In this document: positions 36,396-46,572 of the stretch, one piece after another
Layout of the letters: each line of letters begins with the position of its first letter
Numbering within the stretch: the stretch's first letter is position 1
Origin: Candidatus Bathyarchaeota archaeon
GTDB lineage: Archaea; Thermoproteota; Bathyarchaeia; Bathyarchaeales; Bathycorpusculaceae
Direction: 5' to 3'
Assembly: GCA_963828195.1 (NCBI GenBank)
Contig: CAWHDT010000005.1
Coordinates: 384,001 to 448,000 of the forward strand
Length of the DNA stretch: 64,000 bases
Made by a program: the position numbers and the translations under genes
Notes under the pieces: model-generated
Databases searched by the model: none
Seen by the model: the letters and a program-made list of their open reading frames with translations, nothing else
Told to the model about the DNA's origin: nothing

Positions 36396-37187
36396 TCACC
36401 AATTAAGCTTCTTGCGTATTTCCACTGCTTTCTCCTGAGCAATCTTTGACGCCTCTAAAATCTGTTGCGGTGTAAAGTAGCCTGAGCCGCCTTTCTGAAC
36501 GGCGCAAATGTGTCCTTCGTCGTTGATAGCCATCGATATTCTTGAATCCATAACTTGCTCTTCCTCCAAGACGGGGTCAACTATAAGAGTATTGTTGATT
36601 TTTCCTATAGTGACGGTGACCGGGTGGTTTTTCACGGGCAGCGGAGTGTAGCCTTGCTTAATCTTTACTTCACCGTCTTTGACTTCGTAGTTGGGCATCT
36701 TTGTGTTTATTAAAGCGGCCAAAGCAGCTAAGCTTGCAGCGTCAATCAAGTTTCCATCTTGGTTAAGAACGTAAACATCCACGAATACGACGAAGACTTT
36801 TTTGCCTGGTTCGATGCATAGTTTTTCGTTGTCGATTGCTTTTGATTCACGTATTCCTCGGTCAACAACTCTTGCCAATTCAATGGAGTCTTCGTTTGGG
36901 GGACCTGCCTCATAGTTCGGCGACGCTATTGGAACAAGCTCGGCGTTAACGGTTAAGACGCCTTCGTTAGGTGTGTCGGGGAATGGTTCGCCTGTTTCAA
37001 CTTTTACGCCGACAAGAACCTGGGTGTTCCCAAGAAAAACACGGGCTGAACCTTCAGCTTTCTCAATTAAACCTTGCTCAATCTTGATTTCTCGGGTATC
37101 ACGCAAGCCTCGTTCATCTAGGCGTTTTCCCTTTTCGATAGTCTGCTCAATCTGCTTTAGTCTAACTCGGGTAACAAGTGACGACAT
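36396..37187 (-). CDS. rrp42: Exosome subunit Rrp42
   Basis: KAEGSARV, EPFPDTPNEG, ELARVVDRGIRES, DGNLIDAA. Confidence 0.95.
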   Translation of the reverse strand: MSSLVTRVRLKQIEQTIEKGKRLDERGLRDTREIKIEQGLIEKAEGSARVFLGNTQVLVGVKVETGEPFPDTPNEGVLTVNAELVPIASPNYEAGPPNEDSIELARVVDRGIRESKAIDNEKLCIEPGKKVFVVFVDVYVLNQDGNLIDAASLAALAALINTKMPNYEVKDGEVKIKQGYTPLPVKNHPVTVTIGKINNTLIVDPVLEEEQVMDSRISMAINDEGHICAVQKGGSGYFTPQQILEASKIAQEKAVEIRKKLNW

Positions 37188-37930
37188 TACTCTTCAGCCT
37201 CCTCTTTCTCTTTAACAACCATGTATTTAGTTTTTAATGCTTCCTTCTGCATTTCATAGATTTTTTTGCAGCCATCCATCCCCATATTCAATGCCTTCTC
37301 AAATTCTTCCGCCGTGAGATTTCCATCCATCTGAAGCAGAGTAACCGCGTTCAAATTAGGCATGTAAGCTACAGGAAGATCTGCGGCGCCAAGTTTGTCC
37401 TCAGCGTCATACAAGTCTAAAACGACAGTGTCATCAACTTTTCCAGCAGCACAAGCAACAACTAAATCGCGCATTGGAACCCCAGCGTCGGCAATGGCTA
37501 ATGCAGCGGCAGTTATGCTTGCGCAACGTGTTCCGCCGTCAGCCTGCAATACTTCAATGAACACGTCTACGCCTGTCCGCGGATAAAGCTCCAGGAACAA
37601 GGCAGGTTCTAAACATTCCTTTATCACTTTAGACAGCTCTACTTCTCTTCTTGAAGGCGCAGGTGATTTACGCTCCTGCACTGAAAAGGGAGCCATGTGA
37701 TAGCGGCACCGCAAAACCATACGGTCTGGCAACGACAGGTGCTTTGGATGCATCTCTCTTGGACCGAAAGCTGCGGCTAAAATCTTGTTTTTTCCATGTT
37801 CAATATAGGCGGATCCGTCAGCGTGTTGTAGGACGCCGACTTGAAGCTTAAGGGGTCGAAGTTCGTCTGCTTTTCGCCCATCCAATCGGATACCTTTTTT
37901 ATCAATTAATTTTTCATGTTTTTCACTCAT
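37187..37930 (-). CDS. rrp41: Exosome subunit Rrp41
   Basis: [32 protein letters not shown]. Confidence 0.96.
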   Translation of the reverse strand: MSEKHEKLIDKKGIRLDGRKADELRPLKLQVGVLQHADGSAYIEHGKNKILAAAFGPREMHPKHLSLPDRMVLRCRYHMAPFSVQERKSPAPSRREVELSKVIKECLEPALFLELYPRTGVDVFIEVLQADGGTRCASITAAALAIADAGVPMRDLVVACAAGKVDDTVVLDLYDAEDKLGAADLPVAYMPNLNAVTLLQMDGNLTAEEFEKALNMGMDGCKKIYEMQKEALKTKYMVVKEKEEAEE

Positions 37931-38642
37931 TCTTGTTTTCCTCCACTTTATCCACTTTACCTTTACTTTCTTTAAGTAACTGCGTTATGCGATCTGTCAA
38001 GCCACTTGTATGGGATTCATCCTCAATCTTTTTAATCACCTTTATCGCAAGCTCCTCTTCCTCAACGGTTTTCCCAGTGACTAAGATCATGCCGTTGAGC
38101 CCCAGAATAATTTGGCATCCTGTTTCCTGTTTAATCATGGAAATCATTGAGCCTTTCCTACCTATTATACGGGGAATCTTCGTAGGTGTCACATGAAGAA
38201 TTTGCCCACGAGTTATTTTACCTAAACCCGGTTCGCCAACAGTAAGCTGCGGATCATGGGCTCTGTCGTACGAAGCGATTTTTGCAACAATCAAGTCGCC
38301 TGCGTTTAAAACCGCGGATAACTCGTCGTTTTGAGGCTTGAAGGGTCTGCTTAAAACGTCTGATGCACGCAGGAGCGCGGTGTAGGGTGATTTAATATCG
38401 ACGGTCCAGCCGTTAAATCCGACTTCCACGACTGACCCAATTATGATGTCACCCATTTTAGGCACATAAAAAGCCCTCAATGCAACAACGTTTACTTTTT
38501 TATTATCGGTATCTACAAGCCCGATTCTTGATGCATAAATCTTGTTTTGTTCCATGTACGAGTTTTCGCCAGGCAAATATTCGCCTTCCGCAAGCAATTC
38601 TCCCGGCGTCACAAGCTGTTTTTTTTCAAAGAATACTGGCAT
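37923..38642 (-). CDS. rrp4: Exosome RNA-binding subunit Rrp4
   Basis: VTPGELLA, S1 domain, KH motif [17 protein letters not shown]. Confidence 0.95.
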   Translation of the reverse strand: MPVFFEKKQLVTPGELLAEGEYLPGENSYMEQNKIYASRIGLVDTDNKKVNVVALRAFYVPKMGDIIIGSVVEVGFNGWTVDIKSPYTALLRASDVLSRPFKPQNDELSAVLNAGDLIVAKIASYDRAHDPQLTVGEPGLGKITRGQILHVTPTKIPRIIGRKGSMISMIKQETGCQIILGLNGMILVTGKTVEEEELAIKVIKKIEDESHTSGLTDRITQLLKESKGKVDKVEENKNE

Positions 38643-38667
38643 AATTTTTTCACCATCCAATTTTATC

Positions 38668-39357
38668 TTAAGAGATTATTTTTGCTTCTCCACTTCCCTT
38701 TGTTACGTCGCCAAGTTTGTTTAACAGCGAAGCGTATGACCCCGCTGGCAGTTCAATCTCTCCATACCAAGAGCCGTCCCCACGCCATTCTTCCCGTTTT
38801 ATAGTGCCCAAAGTTTTGACTGACCCATAGGCTCTTGCTGAGTACTGAGCGGGGATCTTTACTGCCACTGTCACCTGCTCGATCTTTAAGGGCAAAATCG
38901 GCCGTAACAGTTTCACTATATCCTTGGCTTGTTCTTCCACTGGCTTATATGGGTCAATTGGGTAACGGATCTGCTCCATCGCGTTTTCTATGCGCATTGG
39001 AGGATGCGGCAGATTCGTTTTTGGGTCAACTGCTTGTCTTGAAATAAAATCGATTATTTGTCTTTTTTTGTCCTCGACCATTTTACGTCTCTGCTCGGTT
39101 GTAAGCTGCAGCGTTCCTTTCTTAAGTATCAGGTCAGCAATTTTTAATGCGTCTGTGGTTCCGAAGGCTTTATGCATAGCTTCTTCGGAGACTTTGGTGC
39201 CTTTGTTTGCGTCAGAAAAAATGATTTCAGCCGCTAAAACTTCGGTTATTCCAGCGATTTTTCCGTTGCGGTACTCCAGTGCTTTTTGGGGTTTAACTAG
39301 GATTTCAAAATGCTCGTTTTCTTTTGTTAATCGTGCAACGGTGAACTTTTCACTCAT
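38668..39357 (-). CDS. Ribosome maturation factor SBDS/Sdo1
   Basis: HFEILV, AFGTTD, LQLTTEQRR, DPKTNLPHPP. Confidence 0.95.
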   Translation of the reverse strand: MSEKFTVARLTKENEHFEILVKPQKALEYRNGKIAGITEVLAAEIIFSDANKGTKVSEEAMHKAFGTTDALKIADLILKKGTLQLTTEQRRKMVEDKKRQIIDFISRQAVDPKTNLPHPPMRIENAMEQIRYPIDPYKPVEEQAKDIVKLLRPILPLKIEQVTVAVKIPAQYSARAYGSVKTLGTIKREEWRGDGSWYGEIELPAGSYASLLNKLGDVTKGSGEAKIIS

Positions 39358-39364
39358 CGAGTTT

Positions 39365-40093
39365 TCACTTGCTTGAACCCAGTTCTTTGATGTAGCCTTC
39401 GACTGCGTCGTCGCTTAACATTTCCATCTTCTTAGATGCGACAGATATGACGGCGATTTTTATTCTTGGAGGCAGCTGCCTTGCGTCCAGAGCCTTGATT
39501 AAGCATTTTACTGCGAGTCTGATGCTGTTTTCCAATGTTAAGTCTTCGCGGTATTCTTCTTTTAGAATTGAAACAACTGTTTCTCTTCCTGCGCCTAATG
39601 CTGTGGCTTTGTAGCCTCTGTATGTTCCGCTTGGATGTGTCCCGAAGACTTTGGTTCCTGTTTTGTTGACTCCTCCGAAAATCAGGGAAACGCCGAATGG
39701 TCTGACTCCTGCATGCTGCGTGTACATTTGTTGGATGTCGCAGATTCGTTTGGTTACGACTTCTACGTCTATGGGTTCGTCGTAGGTTAATTTGTTACTT
39801 TGAGCGTATATCCTTGCTTGGTCGATGAGTATTCGGGCGTCTGAGCTTAAACCCACTATAGCGGCGCCGATGTGGTCGTCTACCCGAAAGATTTTCCATG
39901 AGTAACCTGCTTCTTCAAGGACCTCTATGTTTTCTTCTGACCCGAGGACAAGCCCTTCTGGACATTGGATGCCAAGTATGGTGGCTCCGCGGTTAACTAA
40001 CTCCATTGCGTATTCGACTTGGAAGAGTCGTCCGTCAGGCGAGAAAACTGTTATCGCACGGTCATATGCTCCTGGTGCTGCAAATACTGACAT
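39365..40093 (-). CDS. psmA: Proteasome alpha subunit
   Basis: YDRAITVFSPDGRLFQVEYA, GVRPFGVSL. Confidence 0.97.
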   Translation of the reverse strand: MSVFAAPGAYDRAITVFSPDGRLFQVEYAMELVNRGATILGIQCPEGLVLGSEENIEVLEEAGYSWKIFRVDDHIGAAIVGLSSDARILIDQARIYAQSNKLTYDEPIDVEVVTKRICDIQQMYTQHAGVRPFGVSLIFGGVNKTGTKVFGTHPSGTYRGYKATALGAGRETVVSILKEEYREDLTLENSIRLAVKCLIKALDARQLPPRIKIAVISVASKKMEMLSDDAVEGYIKELGSSK

Positions 40094-40259
40094 AACTTAA
40101 CCTCACTTTACACTATACACTTTTTCACAGACTCATATAAAGACTACACTAAAAACCTTTCCTATCAGGGCAAATTCAAGTTTCCCATGAATTCAAGGTT
40201 TCGGCGGCATTTTTCTGCAGAAATTTTGCTGTGGGATTTCCGGTTTTGATTTTTTGGAT

Positions 40260-40700
40260 TTTCCAGATCGCGTTCGGTATGTTTTTTGCAGATATTTTTT
40301 AGTTGCGACTTTTGGGCTGGCGTAAGTTGCGACTTTCCGCCTTGGGTCTTTGCGTTTTGGGCTGCTTTTTTGGTTTGGGGTTTGAAGGTGTTTGTGTGTT
40401 GCGACTTTGGGGTGGGCGGATTGCGACTTTCCATGTTGAGTGCATGTTGGAGTTATTGTCGGTTACGGGCGGGATTTTTTGGGTTGCAGCGGCTGTTTTT
40501 CTTCAAAAGAAGAAGAAGCTGGTGAAAACAATTTTTCTTCTTCTTCTTCCGCCTGGTCATTACCACGTTGCTCAACTGAACCCACTTAATAGTTAAAAAT
40601 CTCCATGGAACAAAACCGCCCAGCCATCACCTACGCCAAAAACGGGCACTTACTGTTCAGCCACCCCCAAAAAACCCGATGACATGACCCGGGCTCCAGT
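40260..40700 (+). repeat. Dispersed iteron-containing element, copy A (centre replaced by a GAA/TTC palindrome module)
   Basis: 4x TGCGACTTT; left and right arms align with 49700-50230 and 55066-55600; ends approximate. Confidence 0.85.
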
Positions 40701-41011
40701 TAGAAGTCAGCAACAACGCCGTGGACCAACACGATACTTAAAATCCTCAAAAGGAATTCGGAGAAAAGCCATTCTCTGACATTTGCAGTTGCTAAAGTTT
40801 TTCGTAAATCCAGTTCATGATTGTTTAAAGTGTGTCTTTAGTGAATCCAATGTGTCCAGCTTCGTAGAATCGGGCGCATTTTGGGCTTCCGTGTTCAAGA
40901 AGCAGATAGTAATCTTTTATGGGGAACTCTGGGGTACTATGTATTGCATACGCTCATAACCACGAGCAGACAAATATCCACAAGTTGCTTGTATGTAAAA
41001 CAGGTGATTGA

Positions 41012-41233
41012 ATGGAACCGATGGATAGAATAACGATCGACCCTGAAGTTATGGTTGGTAAACCAGTCATCAAGGGTACCCGCATCACAGTGCAGCTGAT
41101 TGTTCAACTTTTGGCAAATGGGGCAACAGAAGCTGAAATACTAAATGACTACCCAGACTTGAAAAAAGAAGACATTAAAGCTGCCCTCTTATATGCATCC
41201 GAATGCCTTGGTCGCGAAGTTATTCCTGTTTAA
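41012..41233 (+). CDS. DUF433-family antitoxin-like protein (orphan)
   Basis: RITIDPEVMVGKPVIKGTRITV...ILNDYPDL..EDIKAAL. Confidence 0.9.
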   Translation: MEPMDRITIDPEVMVGKPVIKGTRITVQLIVQLLANGATEAEILNDYPDLKKEDIKAALLYASECLGREVIPV

Positions 41234-41527
41234 GCCCAAAATCAACTTGTGATTATCACTGAAAGGAGAATTCGCATAGTTTCATAATCGGTCACATTCC
41301 ATGTAGCGCGGACATTACCTCTTATGGAGACACTTTAACCCTCAACTTGTTCCTTTAATTTGTTCTTTTTGTTGTGATTGTGATTATAAAAACAGTTTTT
41401 GTAAAAAACATGTAACGTGAGTTTTGTGATGATTGTGGAGTTCGCTGCGCCCTTTGGGTTTTGCTTTGAGATAGAAACGGAAATTAAGATTTGTGTGTTA
41501 ATATCCTAGAGCGTTTTTGGTGTTGTT

Positions 41528-42250
41528 ATGCCACGTTTTATAGAGGAAAACGTTAGGGGTCAGTTGGTTGCGGCTTTTGAGAACTTGGTTAATCCTGTGG
41601 ATCTTGTTTTCTTTACCCAAAAAGATTGCGCTGCCTGCGTATATCAGGGGGAGCTGTTACGAGAAGTCAGTTCATTATCAAGCAAATTGACCCTGAAAAG
41701 TTATGACTTCGTTTTAAACGGCGATGAAGCTATGAATTACAAAATAGATAAGATTCCGGCAACAGCAGTTGTTGGCAAACGTGACTATAGAATCCGCTTC
41801 TTTGGTTTAACCGCGGGCTTTGAATTTAAAACGCTTATAGAAGACATCATCATGGTCTCGAGCGAACGCACAGGTCTCGACCCAAGACTCGAAATTTTAG
41901 TGAAGGCACTTCCAAATCCAGTGCACCTGCAAGTAATGGCGTCCCTGACTTGTCCACACTGCCCAAAGGCAGTGCAGGCTGCGCATCGCTTCGCTTTTCT
42001 TAACGAAAATATCCGTTCAGACATGGTTGACCTCAGCGTATTTCCCTATATAGCACAAAAATACAACGTAACGGGAACACCTAAGACCATCATAAACGAA
42101 AGCTAATCATTTGTAGGCGCATACCCTGAAGCCGCCCTTTATCTGGAGATACTAAAAGCAGTAGACCCACAGCAATACCAGAAAGTCGTAGAAGAAATCA
42201 CGAAAGAAGCCAACTTAGCTCAGGGCATGAGCACAGCCTACCCACTTTAG
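41528..42250 (+). pseudogene. Protein disulfide oxidoreductase (two thioredoxin folds) interrupted by an in-frame TAA at 42104
   Basis: CAAC and CPHC motifs; frame continues past the TAA as SFVGAYPEAALYLEIL to TAG 42250. Confidence 0.8.
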
Positions 42251-42458
42251 CATTCGGCGGCAGGATTTTTTAGCTGTTAATTTACAAAAATGGAAAGCCG
42301 AAGGAAAAAACCTTAGAAATTTCTGTATCTGATTATGCGGATACTGTTAAGTTATTTGTCAGGGGATTTTCCAGTTTATTTTCTCTAGTTAGTCAACTAG
42401 TAAAAAGTTTTTGGAAACTAATGAAAATCTAAAATAGATCTTCAGCAAACTCTATTCT

Positions 42459-42941
42459 ATGAGAAAAAGGAAATATGTTTTCCTCATAATTGCAATAGCT
42501 GTACTTATAGTACTTCTATCCGTTTCGCTTTTTGTTATCAATCCTGTTCTTGACCAAAAAAAGCAAGAACCAAAAGCAACTCCAAATAGTAGTAGTTTTC
42601 CATCGCCCTCGCTGGTAACAATAACAGGTGAAATTCAACTAGACTCTAGCTTCTTTATAGAATTAGGTACCCCCCTAGAAGGTGGAGGGTCACATTATTA
42701 TCTGCAAGACCAACAATCAGGCATTAAATATTATTTGCTTAATGGTGACGGAACATTTTTTAGCGGTTTGGATTCACCTCAAATAGGTTGGACAGGGGAT
42801 AATAGTTCTGGAAAACAATTTCAAGTTTCTGGATTTGTAAGCGCTGGAATGTATCGATGCGTCAATCTTACGAACTCAGGACCAAATGGTTTGCAATTAT
42901 TAAATACTCTGACGATAGTTAATGGAACAGAAATATCCTAA
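42459..42941 (+). CDS. Membrane-anchored/secreted hypothetical protein
   Basis: Basic N-terminus plus TM helix, Ser/Pro linker, beta-rich extracellular part. Confidence 0.7.
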   Translation: MRKRKYVFLIIAIAVLIVLLSVSLFVINPVLDQKKQEPKATPNSSSFPSPSLVTITGEIQLDSSFFIELGTPLEGGGSHYYLQDQQSGIKYYLLNGDGTFFSGLDSPQIGWTGDNSSGKQFQVSGFVSAGMYRCVNLTNSGPNGLQLLNTLTIVNGTEIS

Positions 42942-43114
42942 TCTCTGGTTACCTTTCATATTGCTAATTCTTGGCAGCCTAAAAAGAGTCATGACAAATA
43001 ACTTAACAGTATCGATTATGCGTAATGCTTTTAAGAATGGCGAGTTAAATGCAACAGACATCGATCAGCCAGTTAACTATCTATTAGTTTATCGTTTATA
43101 CGGGGAGTTTAAAA

Positions 43115-44305
43115 ATGCAGTATAGAACTGTACCTAAAAACGGCGATAAGTTGTCAGCTCTTGGATTTGGAGCCATGCGGTTACCGCTAAAGGGACAAAA
43201 CCTCGATGAAGAACGCGCAATAAAACAAATTCGTTATGCAATCGACAACGGCGTAAACTATGTTGATTCAGCGCCACCCTATCATGGTGGTGAGAGCGAG
43301 AAGGTGCTTGGAAAAGCCTTGTTGGATGGCTACCGCAAAAAAGTAAAGATAGCCACAAAACTTACCCCGTTTCTGCTAAGTAAAGCCGAAGACATGGACA
43401 GAATATTAAATGCATCGCTGCAAAAACTGCAAACTGATCACATTGACTATTACCTTCTGCATGGGCTTGAAGAAGAGGTTTGGAAAAAACTGCGAGCCTT
43501 TAACGTTTTACAATTTTTGGAAAAAGCAAAAGCCGATGGAAAAATCGTCAACATAGGCTTTTCATTTCACGGGTCCATTGAAACCTTCAAAGAAATCATA
43601 GATGCAAATGACTGGACGATGTGTCAAATGCAATATAATTTTATGGATGAAAAAGTGCAGGCGGGAACGGCAGGCCTGAAGTATGCTGCTTCGAAGAATC
43701 TTGCGGTTATGGTTATGGAGCCGCTGAGGGGCGGAGCATTAACCGATAAGCTTCCAAATGAAGTAAAGCAACTTTACGATGACGCTAAAATTCTGAGGTC
43801 TCCGGCTGAGTGGGGTCTTCGCTGGGTGTGGAATCATCCGGAAGTGACGGTTGTTCTTTCAGGAATGAATATGAAGAAACAAGTTGCCGAAAACGTTAAA
43901 ACCGCGGAGACAGCGTTTCCATGCTCAATGGAACCCACCGAGCTTGCAACTATCAAAAATGTAGCTGAAGCTTATAGGCGCCTTATCAAGGTTTCATGCA
44001 CGGGCTGCCGATACTGTATGCCGTGCCCTTCCGGAGTCAATATTCCCGCCAACTTCAGAATCTACAATGACTACTGCATGTTCAGCGATAAAAAAAGATC
44101 AAGACTGATGTATGCGTTGATGTTAATGGGGGGATTCGGCGGTAAACGGTCCGATGCCTCACTATGTATAGAATGCAAAAAATGCGTAGAACTTTGCCCC
44201 CAGCACATAGATATTCCTCAACAGCTTAAATCGGTTTTAAAAGATATAGGTGGCTCCAAAACTGAATCGGTAATTGCCACACGAAGTAGCGTGCTTCGAA
44301 AATAA
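43115..44305 (+). CDS. Aldo/keto reductase with a C-terminal 4Fe-4S dicluster
   Basis: LGFGAMRLP, YHGGESE, IDYYLLH, GFSFH, MEPLRGG, CTGCRYCMPCP, CIECKKCVELCPQ. Confidence 0.92.
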   Translation: MQYRTVPKNGDKLSALGFGAMRLPLKGQNLDEERAIKQIRYAIDNGVNYVDSAPPYHGGESEKVLGKALLDGYRKKVKIATKLTPFLLSKAEDMDRILNASLQKLQTDHIDYYLLHGLEEEVWKKLRAFNVLQFLEKAKADGKIVNIGFSFHGSIETFKEIIDANDWTMCQMQYNFMDEKVQAGTAGLKYAASKNLAVMVMEPLRGGALTDKLPNEVKQLYDDAKILRSPAEWGLRWVWNHPEVTVVLSGMNMKKQVAENVKTAETAFPCSMEPTELATIKNVAEAYRRLIKVSCTGCRYCMPCPSGVNIPANFRIYNDYCMFSDKKRSRLMYALMLMGGFGGKRSDASLCIECKKCVELCPQHIDIPQQLKSVLKDIGGSKTESVIATRSSVLRK

Positions 44306-44436
44306 CGTTCAAAACCTGCATGAAAACGTTTTTTAGCCGTTTGTTATTCACAGAACAATGTCACTATGGGCAACCCAAAATACTGTTTCAGTAAGTGTTA
44401 AATTTTGGTTAAGACGCCATTTTATACGGTGAAAGT

Positions 44437-45006
44437 TTGTCACAAGTTGAAAAAGGGCACGGCGCAAAAGGATCAGACGAAGCTAACTTAAACGCTGTTT
44501 TGAATGCTGCAAAAAAGCGGGCGGAGCAGTTGGGAATCAAGTCTGTTGTTGTGGCGTCCACCAGTGGAGATACAGGAGTGAAAGCGGTGAAAATGTTTAC
44601 AGGATATAACGTTGTTGTGGTAACGCATAGCACTGGCTTTAGTGGACCAGATGTTCAAGAGTTGATACCGGAGAATCGGGAACTGATTCTTAAGGCTGGT
44701 GGCAAAATCTTGACCACGACCCACGCGTTTGGAGGATTAGGTCGGGCAGTTAGAAGAAAGTTTAACACGTACCAAACCGATGAAATCGTTGCGAATACGT
44801 TGCGGGTTTTTGGTCAAGGAACCAAAGTTGCGGTTGAAATCGCAATGATGGCGGCTGATTCTGGGCTCATAAGCGTAAAAGAAGATGTAATTTCCATAGG
44901 AGGATCAGGCAGTGGAGCTGACACGGCGCTTGTGATTCAACCAGCCAATGTTCAAGATTTCTTCGATGTAAAAGTTCGGGAAATCATTTGCAAACCCTGG
45001 CTCTAA
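44437..45006 (+). CDS. Pyruvate kinase C-terminal-like domain protein
   Basis: VVVASTSGDTG, VVVTH, GQGTKVAVEIAMMAADSG, GADTA, REIICKP. Confidence 0.82.
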   Translation: MSQVEKGHGAKGSDEANLNAVLNAAKKRAEQLGIKSVVVASTSGDTGVKAVKMFTGYNVVVVTHSTGFSGPDVQELIPENRELILKAGGKILTTTHAFGGLGRAVRRKFNTYQTDEIVANTLRVFGQGTKVAVEIAMMAADSGLISVKEDVISIGGSGSGADTALVIQPANVQDFFDVKVREIICKPWL

Positions 45007-45458
45007 AAAAACTGGAAGCGTGTGTACGCTCCCACTTAGCTGCTTATGGTAGGTTAAAATTTTGATCAAACTATAGCTTGTTAATCGTGACTTCACACTG
45101 TGACAACAAAGCTCAATATAACCGTGTTTTCTCTCATTGTATTGAAGAAAACAGCCAGAAAGAATTGTTTTTCTGGATATGGTGAAAAGCGTAAGAGCTG
45201 CGATAGACCGAGGCTGAGAAGGCTCTGGTAAATCCATTTTATCAGAACAATTAGATTTTGCATTTTTATTTTCCTCCCAAAGTTCCAGAGCCTCAGCATA
45301 CTCTTTAGGAAATTGATTTATTCATTTAGTTTTTCGTGGTCTCTTCTTTAAACCCAGTGTCTTGGTATAAGAAAAAATTTATCAAATTTTCTTCGTTTTA
45401 GAACATTAACCTCTGATGTGCAGTGGAATGATAGAATAGATTCCATCTCAAAACGTCT

Positions 45459-45779
45459 TCAAACATCATTACTTTTTAAAATTCTGCTCAAGGCATCAAG
45501 CCAGAAACCAAATTTTTCTTTACTATCAACTGATAATATCTTGTTATCTTTATCAACAACCATTTCTACAACGCCATTCAAAATTACCATAGGTAAGGGC
45601 TCTGATTTTTGTTCACCGTCAAGTTTTTGCCTCTCAACTTTAACAATTTGAATACCGTCAGCTTTGATGAAGGTATTTTTATCCAGCCAAAACCCTTCTT
45701 GACATTCATCCAAGCTATTCCAGCCCAAATGTTCCTTCAGCAGTTCCTGCGTTGTCTTCTTATCGAGACCTTTTCTCAA
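45459..45779 (-). CDS. Hypothetical protein
   Basis: 106-aa ORF with GGAGAGTGGTG SD-like upstream. Confidence 0.5.
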   Translation of the reverse strand: MRKGLDKKTTQELLKEHLGWNSLDECQEGFWLDKNTFIKADGIQIVKVERQKLDGEQKSEPLPMVILNGVVEMVVDKDNKILSVDSKEKFGFWLDALSRILKSNDV

Positions 45780-46149
45780 AACACCACTCTCCCATCATTT
45801 GCCAATCGCTTATTTTAGTTTTTGTAAAATTGTGGGGTTTAACACAAAATACAAAACTGGGTTAAAATCTCATGAATAGCCAGGAATATAGGTTGCAAGC
45901 TTTTGCCATGGGTTTAACAAAGTATTGGTTACAATCTCAGCTTAAATTTATTTTAGATCTCCGATGAAAAATAAATGGCTAAGCAGGGGTCGGATTTGAC
46001 TCCTTGAAAAGTGGAAAACATAACCCGCATGCCCCCTTTTTCTGTCATTCAATCCATATTTGGGGCTGCCAGGTTAATTATGACTTGAATCTGAGTAGCT
46101 TTTAAATAGATAGAATTGTGCATTATTATACAATTAGAGTTGGCGACAC

Positions 46150-46482
46150 TTGCTGTTTAAACATAAGAGCGTCGTAAAAGTTCAAATGGCGGATTTGGAC
46201 GGCGAGAAAGAAAACCTCGCGAATTTTTTGCGTAGCCAATCCAAACTGAATTCATCAATAACTTCCGAGGGATTGGAACTGAATATAACGGATGTTTCCG
46301 CCCATGCATTGGCAAGAATGGTAACAAAGTTTGTTTACCACAAGAATTTAAACGGCACGCATTGGGTTACCGTGGAAAACAACGTGGTAAAAATCAGCAG
46401 GTTCAAAGTCACAGCTAAGAAAAAAGAAAAACATGAGAAAAGCAAGCCCCATCAAAACATTGTACAAAGCTGGGGATTGTAA
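46150..46482 (+). CDS. Divergent eL22-like protein
   Basis: LANFL, LARMVTKFVYHKNL...WV...KISRF resembles the eL22 pattern (by eye only). Confidence 0.5.
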   Translation: MLFKHKSVVKVQMADLDGEKENLANFLRSQSKLNSSITSEGLELNITDVSAHALARMVTKFVYHKNLNGTHWVTVENNVVKISRFKVTAKKKEKHEKSKPHQNIVQSWGL

Positions 46483-46572
46483 AACGCATTTCTTATTATT
46501 ATGTAGTCTTGGTGTCAGCTGCAATTCTCTTTTTACTTAAAATCAGTTGTATCTGACAAGTGCGTTTCTGGC

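Noticed and set aside
42104-42106. Stop-codon reassignment of TAA
   Set aside because: TAA terminates many conserved genes in this window at their expected ends
45060-45450. Decayed gene downstream of 45459..45779
   Set aside because: Multiple stops and no identifiable homology by eye
45982-45999. Possible tRNA 3'-end att remnant (minus strand TCAAATCCGACCCCTGCT)
   Set aside because: Only ~18 bp, and the parent tRNA is not in the window, so it cannot be distinguished from chance
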